Below are positions 54,279 through 63,534 of a stretch of DNA of 64,000 nucleotides, piece after piece; positions within the stretch are counted from its first letter, which is position 1; each line of letters begins with the position of its first letter. The notes beneath the pieces are model-generated. The model made no database searches and was not told where the DNA came from. It worked only from the letters and a program-made list of their open reading frames with translations. Location: positions 10,008-74,007 of the forward strand of contig JAVCCC010000004.1 in assembly GCA_030765785.1 (NCBI GenBank), in the 5' to 3' direction. Both the position numbers and the translations under genes were made by a program. The stretch is from Candidatus Aceula lacicola (GTDB lineage: Bacteria > Omnitrophota > Gorgyraeia > Zapsychrales > Aceulaceae).

Positions 54279-55625
54279 CTATTTACGCTTTCCCATTGGA
54301 ACGTAATCACGCTTTATTTCACCAATATAAACTTGTCGTGGACGATTAATTCTTAAAACTTCAGAATTACGCATCTCCATCCATTGTGCGATCCATCCTG
54401 GCATACGAGCCATAGCAAACATAACAGGTGCCATATCCACAGGAATACCAATTGCATTATAAATAATACCACTATAAAAATCAACGTTCGGATATAATTT
54501 TCGGCTAACAAAGAAATCATCTTTAAGCGCAGCCTCTTCAAGCTTGATTGCAATCTCAAGAAGCGGATCATGAATGCCAAGGCGTTTCAGTAGAACATCC
54601 ACACGTTTTTTAATAATGCGTGCACGTGGATCATAATTCTTATAAACACGATGTCCAAATCCCATAAGCCGAGTATTGCTATCACGATCTTTGACTTTTT
54701 TAATAAATTTTTTAACATCACCGCCGCTACGATGAATTTTCTCAAGCATTTCAGTCACTTTTTGATTTGCCCCGCCATGAAGAGGTCCCCAAAGAGCGCA
54801 AATGCCAGCAGAAACCGAAGCAAAAAGATTTGCCATGGAACTTCCTACCATGCGAACTGTTGACGTGCCGCAATTTTGCTCATGATCAGCATGCAAAATA
54901 AACAATGTTTGAAGCGCTTCAACGACATCATCTTCAATCACATATTCTGTATTTGAAGATGAAAACATCATATTTAAGAAATTAGGAATAAATTTTAAGT
55001 CTGCTCTTGGATAAATAAACGGCTCACCTATTTTCTTTTTATATGAAAAAGCCGCAATGGTTCTCACTTTTGAGATAAGCTCAACAGCAATAGTCCCCAT
55101 TTCTCTTTGCTTTGGTTCGCTTGCCTCAAGCTCAGGATAATAGGCCGATAGCGAACATACCATCGCTGATAAAATGCCCATAGGATGACCCCAAGCCGGA
55201 TACCCATTAAAAAAATTCTTCATATCCTCATGAATCATCGCATGTATTGTAAATTTTTTAGAAAATTCTTCAAATTGGTGTTTTTTAGGAAGTTTTCCAT
55301 AAATTAAAAGATACGCAGTCTCTACAAATGTTGAATTCTCTGCCAATTGCCCAACAGGAATCCCTCGATATCGCAAGACACCCTTTTCCCCATCAATAAA
55401 TGTAATTGCACTTTTGCAAGACCCGGTATTGGCATACCCATTATCAAGCGTTGTATATCCAGTTTTAAGCCTTAAGCTAGATATATCAATGGCCTTTTCC
55501 ATTTCAGTTCCTACGACAATTGGAAAATCATATGCTTCTTTACCCAAAGTTAGCTTTGCCATCTTTGGATTTGACGACAAGCGTACTTTTGATGACTTTT
55601 TTAAAATTTTAGTTCTTTTCGGCAT
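54279..55625 (-). CDS. gltA: Citrate synthase
   Basis: LHADHEQN, GPLHGGAN, GFGHRVY and PNVDFYSG motifs. Confidence 0.95.
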   Translation of the reverse strand: MPKRTKILKKSSKVRLSSNPKMAKLTLGKEAYDFPIVVGTEMEKAIDISSLRLKTGYTTLDNGYANTGSCKSAITFIDGEKGVLRYRGIPVGQLAENSTFVETAYLLIYGKLPKKHQFEEFSKKFTIHAMIHEDMKNFFNGYPAWGHPMGILSAMVCSLSAYYPELEASEPKQREMGTIAVELISKVRTIAAFSYKKKIGEPFIYPRADLKFIPNFLNMMFSSSNTEYVIEDDVVEALQTLFILHADHEQNCGTSTVRMVGSSMANLFASVSAGICALWGPLHGGANQKVTEMLEKIHRSGGDVKKFIKKVKDRDSNTRLMGFGHRVYKNYDPRARIIKKRVDVLLKRLGIHDPLLEIAIKLEEAALKDDFFVSRKLYPNVDFYSGIIYNAIGIPVDMAPVMFAMARMPGWIAQWMEMRNSEVLRINRPRQVYIGEIKRDYVPMGKRK

Positions 55626-55738
55626 GTAAAGCTCCTTCGTATATATACTTATATTAATTTTTAAGAGATAATATTATAAGCAGAATTGCTTAAAATTGCA
55701 AGTGGCAAATTAAGATAGAATTGACTGAAAAATTACTT

Positions 55739-56131
55739 TTAAGTAGGATCGCCAAGCTTCTTTTTAATCTTATCAATCAGCTTTCCAGCATCAATTGGCT
55801 TAATGATATAATCGTTGCAACCTTGATAAAAGGCGTCTAGAAATGGTTTTTTGTGCGCTGTAACCATGATAATCGACACGCCTTCGCCTAAAGGAATATC
55901 CGCAGCCTCTTCACTTTGTCTAATTTTTCGAAGAAGCTCAAGGCCGTTGATCTCAGGCATCTCGATATCCAAAAGAATCAAATCGTATGGCTTATCTTGA
56001 AGAGAAGCATTATATTTATCGATAGCATCTTTTCCATCGGCTGCAACATCGCATGCAGCAGTATCACGTAGAATTTCTGCTACAAGCTCTCGACTTTCGT
56101 AATTATCATCGACGATCAGTATTTTCCACAT
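55739..56131 (-). CDS. Single-domain response regulator
   Basis: ILIVDD, LLDIEMP, MVTA and KP motifs. Confidence 0.9.
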   Translation of the reverse strand: MWKILIVDDNYESRELVAEILRDTAACDVAADGKDAIDKYNASLQDKPYDLILLDIEMPEINGLELLRKIRQSEEAADIPLGEGVSIIMVTAHKKPFLDAFYQGCNDYIIKPIDAGKLIDKIKKKLGDPT

Positions 56132-56147
56132 TATAAATCTCCTTAGT

Positions 56148-56486
56148 TTATCTTTCCTTCATATGATTAAAAAATAGCTCAGATTCTTTTTTAAAAGCAC
56201 TAAACAATTCTACAACTTTTTCTTGCGGCTCTCCTGCTTTAACCGCCACATGCATTGCGTCAGCGGTTTTGTAGACTTTACCTAGCCTCAAGTTTCCCGC
56301 CGTTCCCTTAACCTCATGCATAATGGCACGAACTTTATCAACATCATTCTGAGGAACAAGCACGTCTAATTGAGCAATCTTCTGCTCTAACGTTCCCGTA
56401 AAACTTTTTAAAAGCTTTTCTAAAATTTCAGCACGAACGTGAAGCTCTTCACAAACCTTATTGATATCATATTGAAATTCGTCCAT
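56148..56486 (-). CDS. HPt phosphotransfer protein
   Basis: MHEVKGTAGNL motif. Confidence 0.85.
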   Translation of the reverse strand: MDEFQYDINKVCEELHVRAEILEKLLKSFTGTLEQKIAQLDVLVPQNDVDKVRAIMHEVKGTAGNLRLGKVYKTADAMHVAVKAGEPQEKVVELFSAFKKESELFFNHMKER

Positions 56487-56495
56487 ACCGCTCTC

Positions 56496-57077
56496 CTATC
56501 TTTTCGGAACAACACCCATTGTCATATCAATAACTAAACTCTTTTTACGTTTAATGAAAAACGATAGCTCGTATTTTTCGCGCTCGTTATATGAAAAAGG
56601 AGCTCCAACAACAGCTCGATTACGATAGCTTGTAAAATGTGACATCTCAAGCTCAATATAGCCCATCTTAGAAATTTCGGTCTTAAACGCTCCCGCTATA
56701 ATATTGCACAATGTCCCACAGCAATCGGCCAACGCCTCAAGATCTTCATCATCAGCCAGAGGATATTTTAATAATTTTAAAAGATCTGTGACATTTGTTT
56801 GCTCGATATAAATAACAATCCCGCCAATGGCTTTCTTTTTTTCCATATCATTAACGTTATTAAAATAATTAATATAAGAAATAAACGTCGGCTCATTAAA
56901 TTTTTCCATGCCGTCGGCACGCATCATGCCGTTGTACTCAATAATATTACGCTTTTCAATAACAGGATCTTGCGAAAATTTAATCTCATTGCGTTCATAA
57001 AACATTTTGGCGACACTTTCTGAAAGTGCTTTAGAAAATTGTTCAAGATTAGGATTTGTTTTTCCTCCAAAAAACAC
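56496..57077 (-). CDS. CheX/CheC-like protein
   Basis: ALADCCGTLCNIIAGAFK resembles the CheX D.xGExxNxIxG helix; phosphorelay context. Confidence 0.55.
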   Translation of the reverse strand: MFFGGKTNPNLEQFSKALSESVAKMFYERNEIKFSQDPVIEKRNIIEYNGMMRADGMEKFNEPTFISYINYFNNVNDMEKKKAIGGIVIYIEQTNVTDLLKLLKYPLADDEDLEALADCCGTLCNIIAGAFKTEISKMGYIELEMSHFTSYRNRAVVGAPFSYNEREKYELSFFIKRKKSLVIDMTMGVVPKR

Positions 57078-57092
57078 AGCATTCCTTTCAGA

Positions 57093-57485
57093 TTACAAAA
57101 TATACGGCTTGATCGCCTCAACCAAAACCTCTGGCTCATACGGCTTAACAACGTATCCGGCCAAATTTGGATTAACTTGTCTCGCTTGTTTTTTATTTTC
57201 TTCCGATCCAGATGCGGTAACCATAACAATCGGAACTTTAGAAACAGCTGGAACCTTGACAACACCTTCCATGAACTCTAACCCTGTCATCTCCGGCATT
57301 TGCCAATCAAGCAAGATAATCGCAATCTCTTTATGATTGCGCCCTAAAACTTCAATCGCATGTTCTCCGCTTTTTGCTTGAAGAAATTCATTCTTAATGC
57401 CGGAACCCTTTAAAATTTCAATTAAAAGTTCACGCTCAAGCGTTGAGTCATCTACAACTAGAATTTTTTTATTGCTTTCGGCCAT
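57093..57485 (-). CDS. Single-domain CheY-like response regulator
   Basis: ILVVDD, LLDWQMP, MVTA and VKP motifs. Confidence 0.9.
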   Translation of the reverse strand: MAESNKKILVVDDSTLERELLIEILKGSGIKNEFLQAKSGEHAIEVLGRNHKEIAIILLDWQMPEMTGLEFMEGVVKVPAVSKVPIVMVTASGSEENKKQARQVNPNLAGYVVKPYEPEVLVEAIKPYIL

Positions 57486-59658
57486 ATGTAATAATTCTAT
57501 CCTTAAAATCGTCCATGTTAAATGGTTTTGTTAAAAAATCGTTAAACCCTATTTCGGAACACTTTTCGTGATCCTCCTGGTCATCAGCCGCCGTCAACGC
57601 GACGATCGGCAAATCTTGGCTAAGTTCTTGTCGAATAATTTGCGCAGCAGCAAATCCGTTTAAAACGGGCATCCGAAGATCCATAAAGCAAACATCATAT
57701 TTCGTCTTCTTAATCATCTCAATTGCTTCTTGTCCGTTTGAAGCGTATTCACCAACGCATCCAATCGACTCAAAATATGCTTTGATAAGCTCAATATTTG
57801 TCAAGCTGTCGTCGACAATCAAAACTTTAATACCTTTACAATCACCCTCAAGATGTGGATGAACTTGCTTTTCAATATCTTGTGGACTTAAAATTTTAAA
57901 AGTATCTTTTAAAACTGTTAGAAGCTCCTTGACAATAATCGGTCGAAGTAAAAAATCATTGAAGCATTCTTTGTACGCTTCACTCGAAATCACAAGATTC
58001 ATATTCGCCGAAACAGCGACTAACTTCACGCCCTTGAGACTCTCTTCTTGCTTAATGCGACTTGCCAAAAGATACCCTTCTTCTTTATTTGTCAAAATAT
58101 CGATAAACACAAGATCCGGCTTTTGACCTTGCTTTGCTTGATCCAAAATCTGACTTAAAACTTTTTTGGAATCGCCCTTTAAACATCCCAAGTTAAGAGA
58201 CAATGCACGACACGTTTTCTCTAAAGTTTTATGAGGATCGCTATCTACAATTATAGTATTCTTTTTTGAAATTTCATCAAAATTAAAATTAATCTCAATT
58301 TCTTTTTTATCAACATTGATAATTGGAAACGCCATTGTAAAGATAAACTGACTCCCCTTTTCAAGTTCCGACTCAACCCATATTTTTCCACCCATCACCT
58401 CGACATAGCTTCTAGAAATTGTAAGCCCTAAACCTGTTCCACCATATTCACGCGTGATCGTTTTATCGCCTTGTGTAAATGGTTCAAAAATAAACTTTTG
58501 TCGACTTTCAGCAATGCCAACACCCGTATCAATGACAGAAAAACGCAGGCCAAGATTCTTGCCTGGCTCCAAAATAATTTCTTTCTCGGCATCAAATTCA
58601 ACGATTAAACCAACCTCACCTTTTTCCGTAAATTTCGTGGCATTGCTTAAAAGATTAATTAAAATCTGACGTAACCTCGTAGGATCTCCTTTAAGCTTTA
58701 CTGGAATTTCTTGCTTCAAATCAAAAAATAACGAAATCGGTTTTCCTTCAAGGCGTGTGCGCACAATTTGAAAAACATCCTCAATGAGATCCTTAAGGTC
58801 AAACGGAATAGTCTCAAGCTTTAGTTTTCCCCGTTCAACTTTTGCAAGATCCAATATATTATTAATAATCTCGAGCAATAACTCGCCGCTCGATCGAATC
58901 GATCGCAAAAATTCCGTTTGCTTATCTTCAAGAGAGCTCCTAATAAGAAGGTCAGAAAAACCCATAATCGCATTGATAAGCGTCCGCATTTCATGCGACA
59001 TGCTCGCAAGCATATCGCTTTTTTCAGCTGCAGCCTTCTGTGCCTGCTGACTAAGCTTTATCGCAAGTTCACGTTCCTTAACCAACTCTTGCTGCTTTTT
59101 AAGAATATTAGCACGGCTATCCCCCTGCTTTGAAACAGGTAAACTAACCGAAGGAATTTTAATAGAACGCTTATCCTTAATGACTTTTGAAATCTCGTTT
59201 GAAACCGTTTGGTCTTTTAAAGCATTAACCTTATCGATAGTTGTAGAAATATCAAAATACTTACTTTTAAGTTTTCCCTGATTTGAAATTTGCTCATTGA
59301 GTAAATCTAAAAGGGTCCGAAGAGTATCAATACATTCTAATATTATCTCAGCAACTTCATTGTCAAATGACAATAAATCCTTTCGCAATAAATCAAATAT
59401 CTCTTCTGATTTTGCTGACAAATATTGAATATCTTTTAGATTTAAGAATCCAGACAAACCCTTAATGGAATAGAACACCTTAAATCCTTTAGCAATAGAC
59501 TCTGAATCTGTTGGAACAGCTTCAAGCGCAAGAACAGAATTCTTCGCATCCATCAAGAGATTCAATGCCTCGGCAGTAAATTCAAAGAGCATGTCAGCTT
59601 GCTCTTCAAGATTAATATTCGGAATTTCTGATTTAAATTTATTTTTCTCTATTAACAT
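57469..59658 (-). CDS. Cytoplasmic hybrid histidine kinase (HPt-like, HisKA, HATPase, REC, REC)
   Basis: MSHEMRT H-box, NLLSNATKFT, DTGVGI, GGTGLGL and FMDLRMP motifs; no TM segment. Confidence 0.9.
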   Translation of the reverse strand: MLIEKNKFKSEIPNINLEEQADMLFEFTAEALNLLMDAKNSVLALEAVPTDSESIAKGFKVFYSIKGLSGFLNLKDIQYLSAKSEEIFDLLRKDLLSFDNEVAEIILECIDTLRTLLDLLNEQISNQGKLKSKYFDISTTIDKVNALKDQTVSNEISKVIKDKRSIKIPSVSLPVSKQGDSRANILKKQQELVKERELAIKLSQQAQKAAAEKSDMLASMSHEMRTLINAIMGFSDLLIRSSLEDKQTEFLRSIRSSGELLLEIINNILDLAKVERGKLKLETIPFDLKDLIEDVFQIVRTRLEGKPISLFFDLKQEIPVKLKGDPTRLRQILINLLSNATKFTEKGEVGLIVEFDAEKEIILEPGKNLGLRFSVIDTGVGIAESRQKFIFEPFTQGDKTITREYGGTGLGLTISRSYVEVMGGKIWVESELEKGSQFIFTMAFPIINVDKKEIEINFNFDEISKKNTIIVDSDPHKTLEKTCRALSLNLGCLKGDSKKVLSQILDQAKQGQKPDLVFIDILTNKEEGYLLASRIKQEESLKGVKLVAVSANMNLVISSEAYKECFNDFLLRPIIVKELLTVLKDTFKILSPQDIEKQVHPHLEGDCKGIKVLIVDDSLTNIELIKAYFESIGCVGEYASNGQEAIEMIKKTKYDVCFMDLRMPVLNGFAAAQIIRQELSQDLPIVALTAADDQEDHEKCSEIGFNDFLTKPFNMDDFKDRIITYGRKQ

Positions 59659-60728
59659 TATTCTTCACGTTCACATTGATAATCTTTTTCGATTGCTTCT
59701 CGATCATTCTTGATAATTTCAAGAAAAAACTCTACTAATTCTGGATCAAAATGCTTTCCGCTGGCATATCCAATCTCAGCAACAGCATCATCAATTGCCC
59801 ATGCCTTTTTGTAGGGGCGTTTTGACAAAAGCGCATCAAAAACATCACAAATTGCAACAATGCGCCCTACGAGAGGAATTTCTTCTCCTTTTAATCCTAC
59901 CGGGTACCCTGAACCATCCCATTTTTCATGATGCGTTAAGGCAATTGTCTCTCCCATTTTCATCAATTCTGAATCACTTCCAGTCAACAGTTGCGCAGCC
60001 AAAGTTGTGTGCGATTTCATGATCTCCCATTCGCTCGTATCCAATTTTCCGGGTTTCAAAAGAACGCTATCTGGAATTCCAATCTTTCCGATATCATGTA
60101 AAGGACTGGCATTAAGCAAAAGTTCACTTTGATGCGAATCAAGGCCAACGGCTTGCCCTAATTTTACACAAAGCTTGCTCATGCGAACAATGTGTGTCCC
60201 TGTATCTTCGTCTCGACATTCAGCCGCACGCGCCAAGCGTCGAATAATATCTAATCGTGTATCCGTAAGCTCTCTGGTTCGATCTTTGACCTTTTCTTCT
60301 AAAATTTTATTTTGATCGCGAACCTGATTGTTTAAAAATTGTGCCTCAATAATGTTTCGAATTCGCACCAAAACCTCAATGCCCTCATACGGTTTTGCAA
60401 TAAAATCAGTGGCTCCTGCCTCAAGCGCCTTAAGACAAATATCTTGCCCTCTATCCGGTGACAATGCCAGCAAAGGCAATCTCTCTCCGTCGGCAATCTC
60501 TTTAAGCTGTTCAATAACAGAAAACCCATCAATTTTAGGCATATCCAAATCCAAAAGAATAAGATCAGGTTTTTTGTCCTTGTAAAATTCTATTCCCTCT
60601 TGAGGATCTGTTGTACTTTCAATATTAGCATATCCTGATTTACGCAAAATATCTTCTAGGAGCCCAATATGAAGCTTCTGATCATCAATAATAAGAATTT
60701 TCGCTTTAAAAATTTCTTCGTTCAGCAT
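59658..60728 (-). CDS. REC + HD-GYP phosphodiesterase (RpfG-like)
   Basis: LLDLDMP, HDIGKIGIPD and HHEKWDGSGYP motifs. Confidence 0.92.
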   Translation of the reverse strand: MLNEEIFKAKILIIDDQKLHIGLLEDILRKSGYANIESTTDPQEGIEFYKDKKPDLILLDLDMPKIDGFSVIEQLKEIADGERLPLLALSPDRGQDICLKALEAGATDFIAKPYEGIEVLVRIRNIIEAQFLNNQVRDQNKILEEKVKDRTRELTDTRLDIIRRLARAAECRDEDTGTHIVRMSKLCVKLGQAVGLDSHQSELLLNASPLHDIGKIGIPDSVLLKPGKLDTSEWEIMKSHTTLAAQLLTGSDSELMKMGETIALTHHEKWDGSGYPVGLKGEEIPLVGRIVAICDVFDALLSKRPYKKAWAIDDAVAEIGYASGKHFDPELVEFFLEIIKNDREAIEKDYQCEREE

Positions 60729-60792
60729 AATAAACCTTTTTATCTATTGTAATTCCAAACGTTAAGGAATCAAACACAAAAATGAAAAAAAT

Positions 60793-61560
60793 TTAATGCA
60801 AATTCCAATTTTTAAGATCTGGTAAAATTTTATAATCTGTCAAATCACTTTGAATAGGGGTGATGCAAACATATCCTTTATTAAGAGCAACGATATCAAC
60901 AGCATTATCTCGTTCAATCTTTGGAATTTCCCCCGACATCCAATAATATCTAAGATGACTCGGATCTTTCCTCGAAACAAACTTTGCTTTAATCGGAACC
61001 TTGCCTTGCCGCGTTAATTTAATACCTTTGATCTTACTCTTAGGTAAATTCGGCACATTAATATTTAAAAAAGTTCCTCTCGGCAAACCTTTTGCAAAAA
61101 CATTCTTTGCCACCTTTGCCGCCACCTTGGCTGCATAAGAAAAATCAGGATCAGCAAATGTATTCAAAGACACTGCCATAGACGAAATGCCACAAAGTGC
61201 TCCCTCCCTCGCTGCTGCCACCGTTCCAGAATAAAAAACGCTACAGCCTTCGTTAGGACCTAAATTTATTCCTGAAATAATTAAATCTGGCTTTTTCTTT
61301 AAAACAACTTCTAAAGCAAATTTAACGCAATCGGCAGGAGTTCCAGTGATACCGTATCCCTTAATTCCTATATCCCCTGTGGTCTTCTTAACCCAAATAG
61401 GTCGTGACAAAGTAATGCCATGACCCACAGAGCTACGTTGAGAATCCGGAGCAACGACAACAACCGATGCAAACTTTTTAAGCTCCTTGTAAAGCGCTAA
61501 AATTCCTTCGGCACCAATACCATCATCGTTCGTTAACAATATTTTTATTTGTTTTTTCAT
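60793..61560 (-). CDS. surE: 5'/3'-nucleotidase SurE
   Basis: LLTNDDG, GTPADC, SGINLG and YSGTV motifs. Confidence 0.95.
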   Translation of the reverse strand: MKKQIKILLTNDDGIGAEGILALYKELKKFASVVVVAPDSQRSSVGHGITLSRPIWVKKTTGDIGIKGYGITGTPADCVKFALEVVLKKKPDLIISGINLGPNEGCSVFYSGTVAAAREGALCGISSMAVSLNTFADPDFSYAAKVAAKVAKNVFAKGLPRGTFLNINVPNLPKSKIKGIKLTRQGKVPIKAKFVSRKDPSHLRYYWMSGEIPKIERDNAVDIVALNKGYVCITPIQSDLTDYKILPDLKNWNLH

Positions 61561-61600
61561 AAATCGCCTTGCCTACTATAACACAGTCAAAAAATTCATT

Positions 61601-62662
61601 CTATGCCTTTTCTTGCTTAACAATATAATCCAAAATTTTAGAACTTCCTGATGGCATCGGATAAGAATGCATATTATTTAAACGATCCCATCGGTGCGTT
61701 TTATCTATTTTTGGCAACGGCTTAACTTTACAATCCCATACGTGCAGATTAACATCAAACTTTGTATACAAATGTTTTACATTCATCATTCGCCTTGCAG
61801 AAATAAGACTTACGCCAAGCTCTTCTTTTAGTTCACGGGAAAGTGCTTTTTTGGGAGTCTCGCCATCCTCAATCTTCCCACCAGGAAATTCCCATAAATC
61901 AGCTAAAAGACCTTTACTGCCTCTTTTTTGAATAAAAAAAGTATTCCTATTTCTTATAACGCCGACAACGGCATTAATCTTATGAACAATTCTTTTTTTT
62001 GATTCAGGAATAATTTCTTGCATGCCTTTTTGATAGGCACGACATATTTTTCTAAACGGACACATATTGCATCGCGCATTGTCCGTTCGACAAATTAATG
62101 CACCAAGTTCCATCAATCCCTGATTAAATAAATTCATATCTTTTTGAGGCATCATTTTTTCTAAAAATTCTAAAATTTCTTTATCATTAGACGTATCCGC
62201 ATATCCCTCTAACGCCAATTGGCGCATAATAACTCGACGAACATTTGCATCAATAATCGGATAACGGACACCAAAAACAATGCTTAAAACAGCTCCAGTC
62301 GTATATGGGCCAAACCCTGGCAGCTTTAAAAGATCTTCGGCGTGGCAAGGGATCTTGCCCTGATGACTTTTCAAAATTATTTTTGCAGCTTTATGAATAT
62401 TACGCGCTCTTTGATAATATCCAAGACCTTGCCATTGCTTTAATATCTTTTGAAGAGGTGCGCTTGCAACTGATCGCATCGTTGGAAATTTTTTAACCCA
62501 TTCCTTATAATAGGGAACAACCGCACTGACCGTTGTTTGCTGAAGCATGATCTCGGAAATCCAAATTTTATAAGAATCACTTGTCTTGCGCCAAGGAAGG
62601 TCTCTTCTATTTTTTCGATACCAAGAAATAAGACTTTTGGAAAAACTTTTTATATTTTTCAT
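61601..62662 (-). CDS. mutY: A/G-specific adenine glycosylase with a C-terminal Nudix domain
   Basis: SEIMLQQT, WQGLGYY, LPGFGPYT and DANVRRV motifs; Fe-S motif C-x6-C-x2-C-x5-C; Nudix box. Confidence 0.93.
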   Translation of the reverse strand: MKNIKSFSKSLISWYRKNRRDLPWRKTSDSYKIWISEIMLQQTTVSAVVPYYKEWVKKFPTMRSVASAPLQKILKQWQGLGYYQRARNIHKAAKIILKSHQGKIPCHAEDLLKLPGFGPYTTGAVLSIVFGVRYPIIDANVRRVIMRQLALEGYADTSNDKEILEFLEKMMPQKDMNLFNQGLMELGALICRTDNARCNMCPFRKICRAYQKGMQEIIPESKKRIVHKINAVVGVIRNRNTFFIQKRGSKGLLADLWEFPGGKIEDGETPKKALSRELKEELGVSLISARRMMNVKHLYTKFDVNLHVWDCKVKPLPKIDKTHRWDRLNNMHSYPMPSGSSKILDYIVKQEKA

Positions 62663-62667
62663 AGGAA

Positions 62668-63534
62668 TTAAAGAAAAGCCTTCAACGGATATCGAGATTC
62701 TGAAATACAAATTTGATCACCAAAACCAAACGTAACATGACAATGCGCGCCATCAAAATAGATCACACCATCATACATAGAAGATCGAAGCAAAACAGGC
62801 TTCGATAAATCAAGCAATCCGCCTTTAAGCAAGTACTTATGATTTTTGAAAAAATATAACTCTCTCGGCTGATACAGGAATTTATTACTTAATAGTTTTA
62901 AAGTGCGTCCACCCGCCGATCGCATAGCTCCTGTTGACCCAGCAGAAGTAGAAAACCAAACTCCAGAGCTGCGCTGGTATTCTTTGATTCCATTTGCATT
63001 GAGATTGTATCGGCTCATAGCCGAAGGATTTTGATCACAGACCAAAACATCATTAGCCACTTGCCATGTTGTTTTATGTTTTCTTGATGTCACCGAAAGT
63101 CGACTTATTGATGTCAATCTTTTTTGCCCTGAAATAATTTGACGAAAAATAGTTTTAAAATTTTGTTTCGTAGCGCCACAAAAACGTCCGACGCTTCTAT
63201 CCGGATCCGAATTAACACCTAAGATCATTTCCTTTTTTAATTCCCGCGCGGCTTGTAAAAAAGTACCATCACCTCCAACGGTAATAACAAAATCATGCTT
63301 GTGATAATTAATGTTAGCCTGACGGCATATTGTTTTGTATTGAATGTCCATCGATCTTAAAACACCTTCGACCTCTTCTAACGCCTTGTAGTGTTCGTTA
63401 TGCATCGAGCGAAATCGAGCGGTTTCAGCCCTTGAAAGCAAGCCTTCCTTCTGCTTTTTTGTTTTCTTCAAGAAATAAAATTCAAAAAATGTTTTTTTAT
63501 GAATGATTAATACACTTTTAATTTTTAAGTTCAT
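62668..63534 (-). CDS. NAD(+)/NADH kinase
   Basis: VGGDGT, LGVNSDP and SSG...STSAGSTGAMRSAGG motifs. Confidence 0.85.
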   Translation of the reverse strand: MNLKIKSVLIIHKKTFFEFYFLKKTKKQKEGLLSRAETARFRSMHNEHYKALEEVEGVLRSMDIQYKTICRQANINYHKHDFVITVGGDGTFLQAARELKKEMILGVNSDPDRSVGRFCGATKQNFKTIFRQIISGQKRLTSISRLSVTSRKHKTTWQVANDVLVCDQNPSAMSRYNLNANGIKEYQRSSGVWFSTSAGSTGAMRSAGGRTLKLLSNKFLYQPRELYFFKNHKYLLKGGLLDLSKPVLLRSSMYDGVIYFDGAHCHVTFGFGDQICISESRYPLKAFL

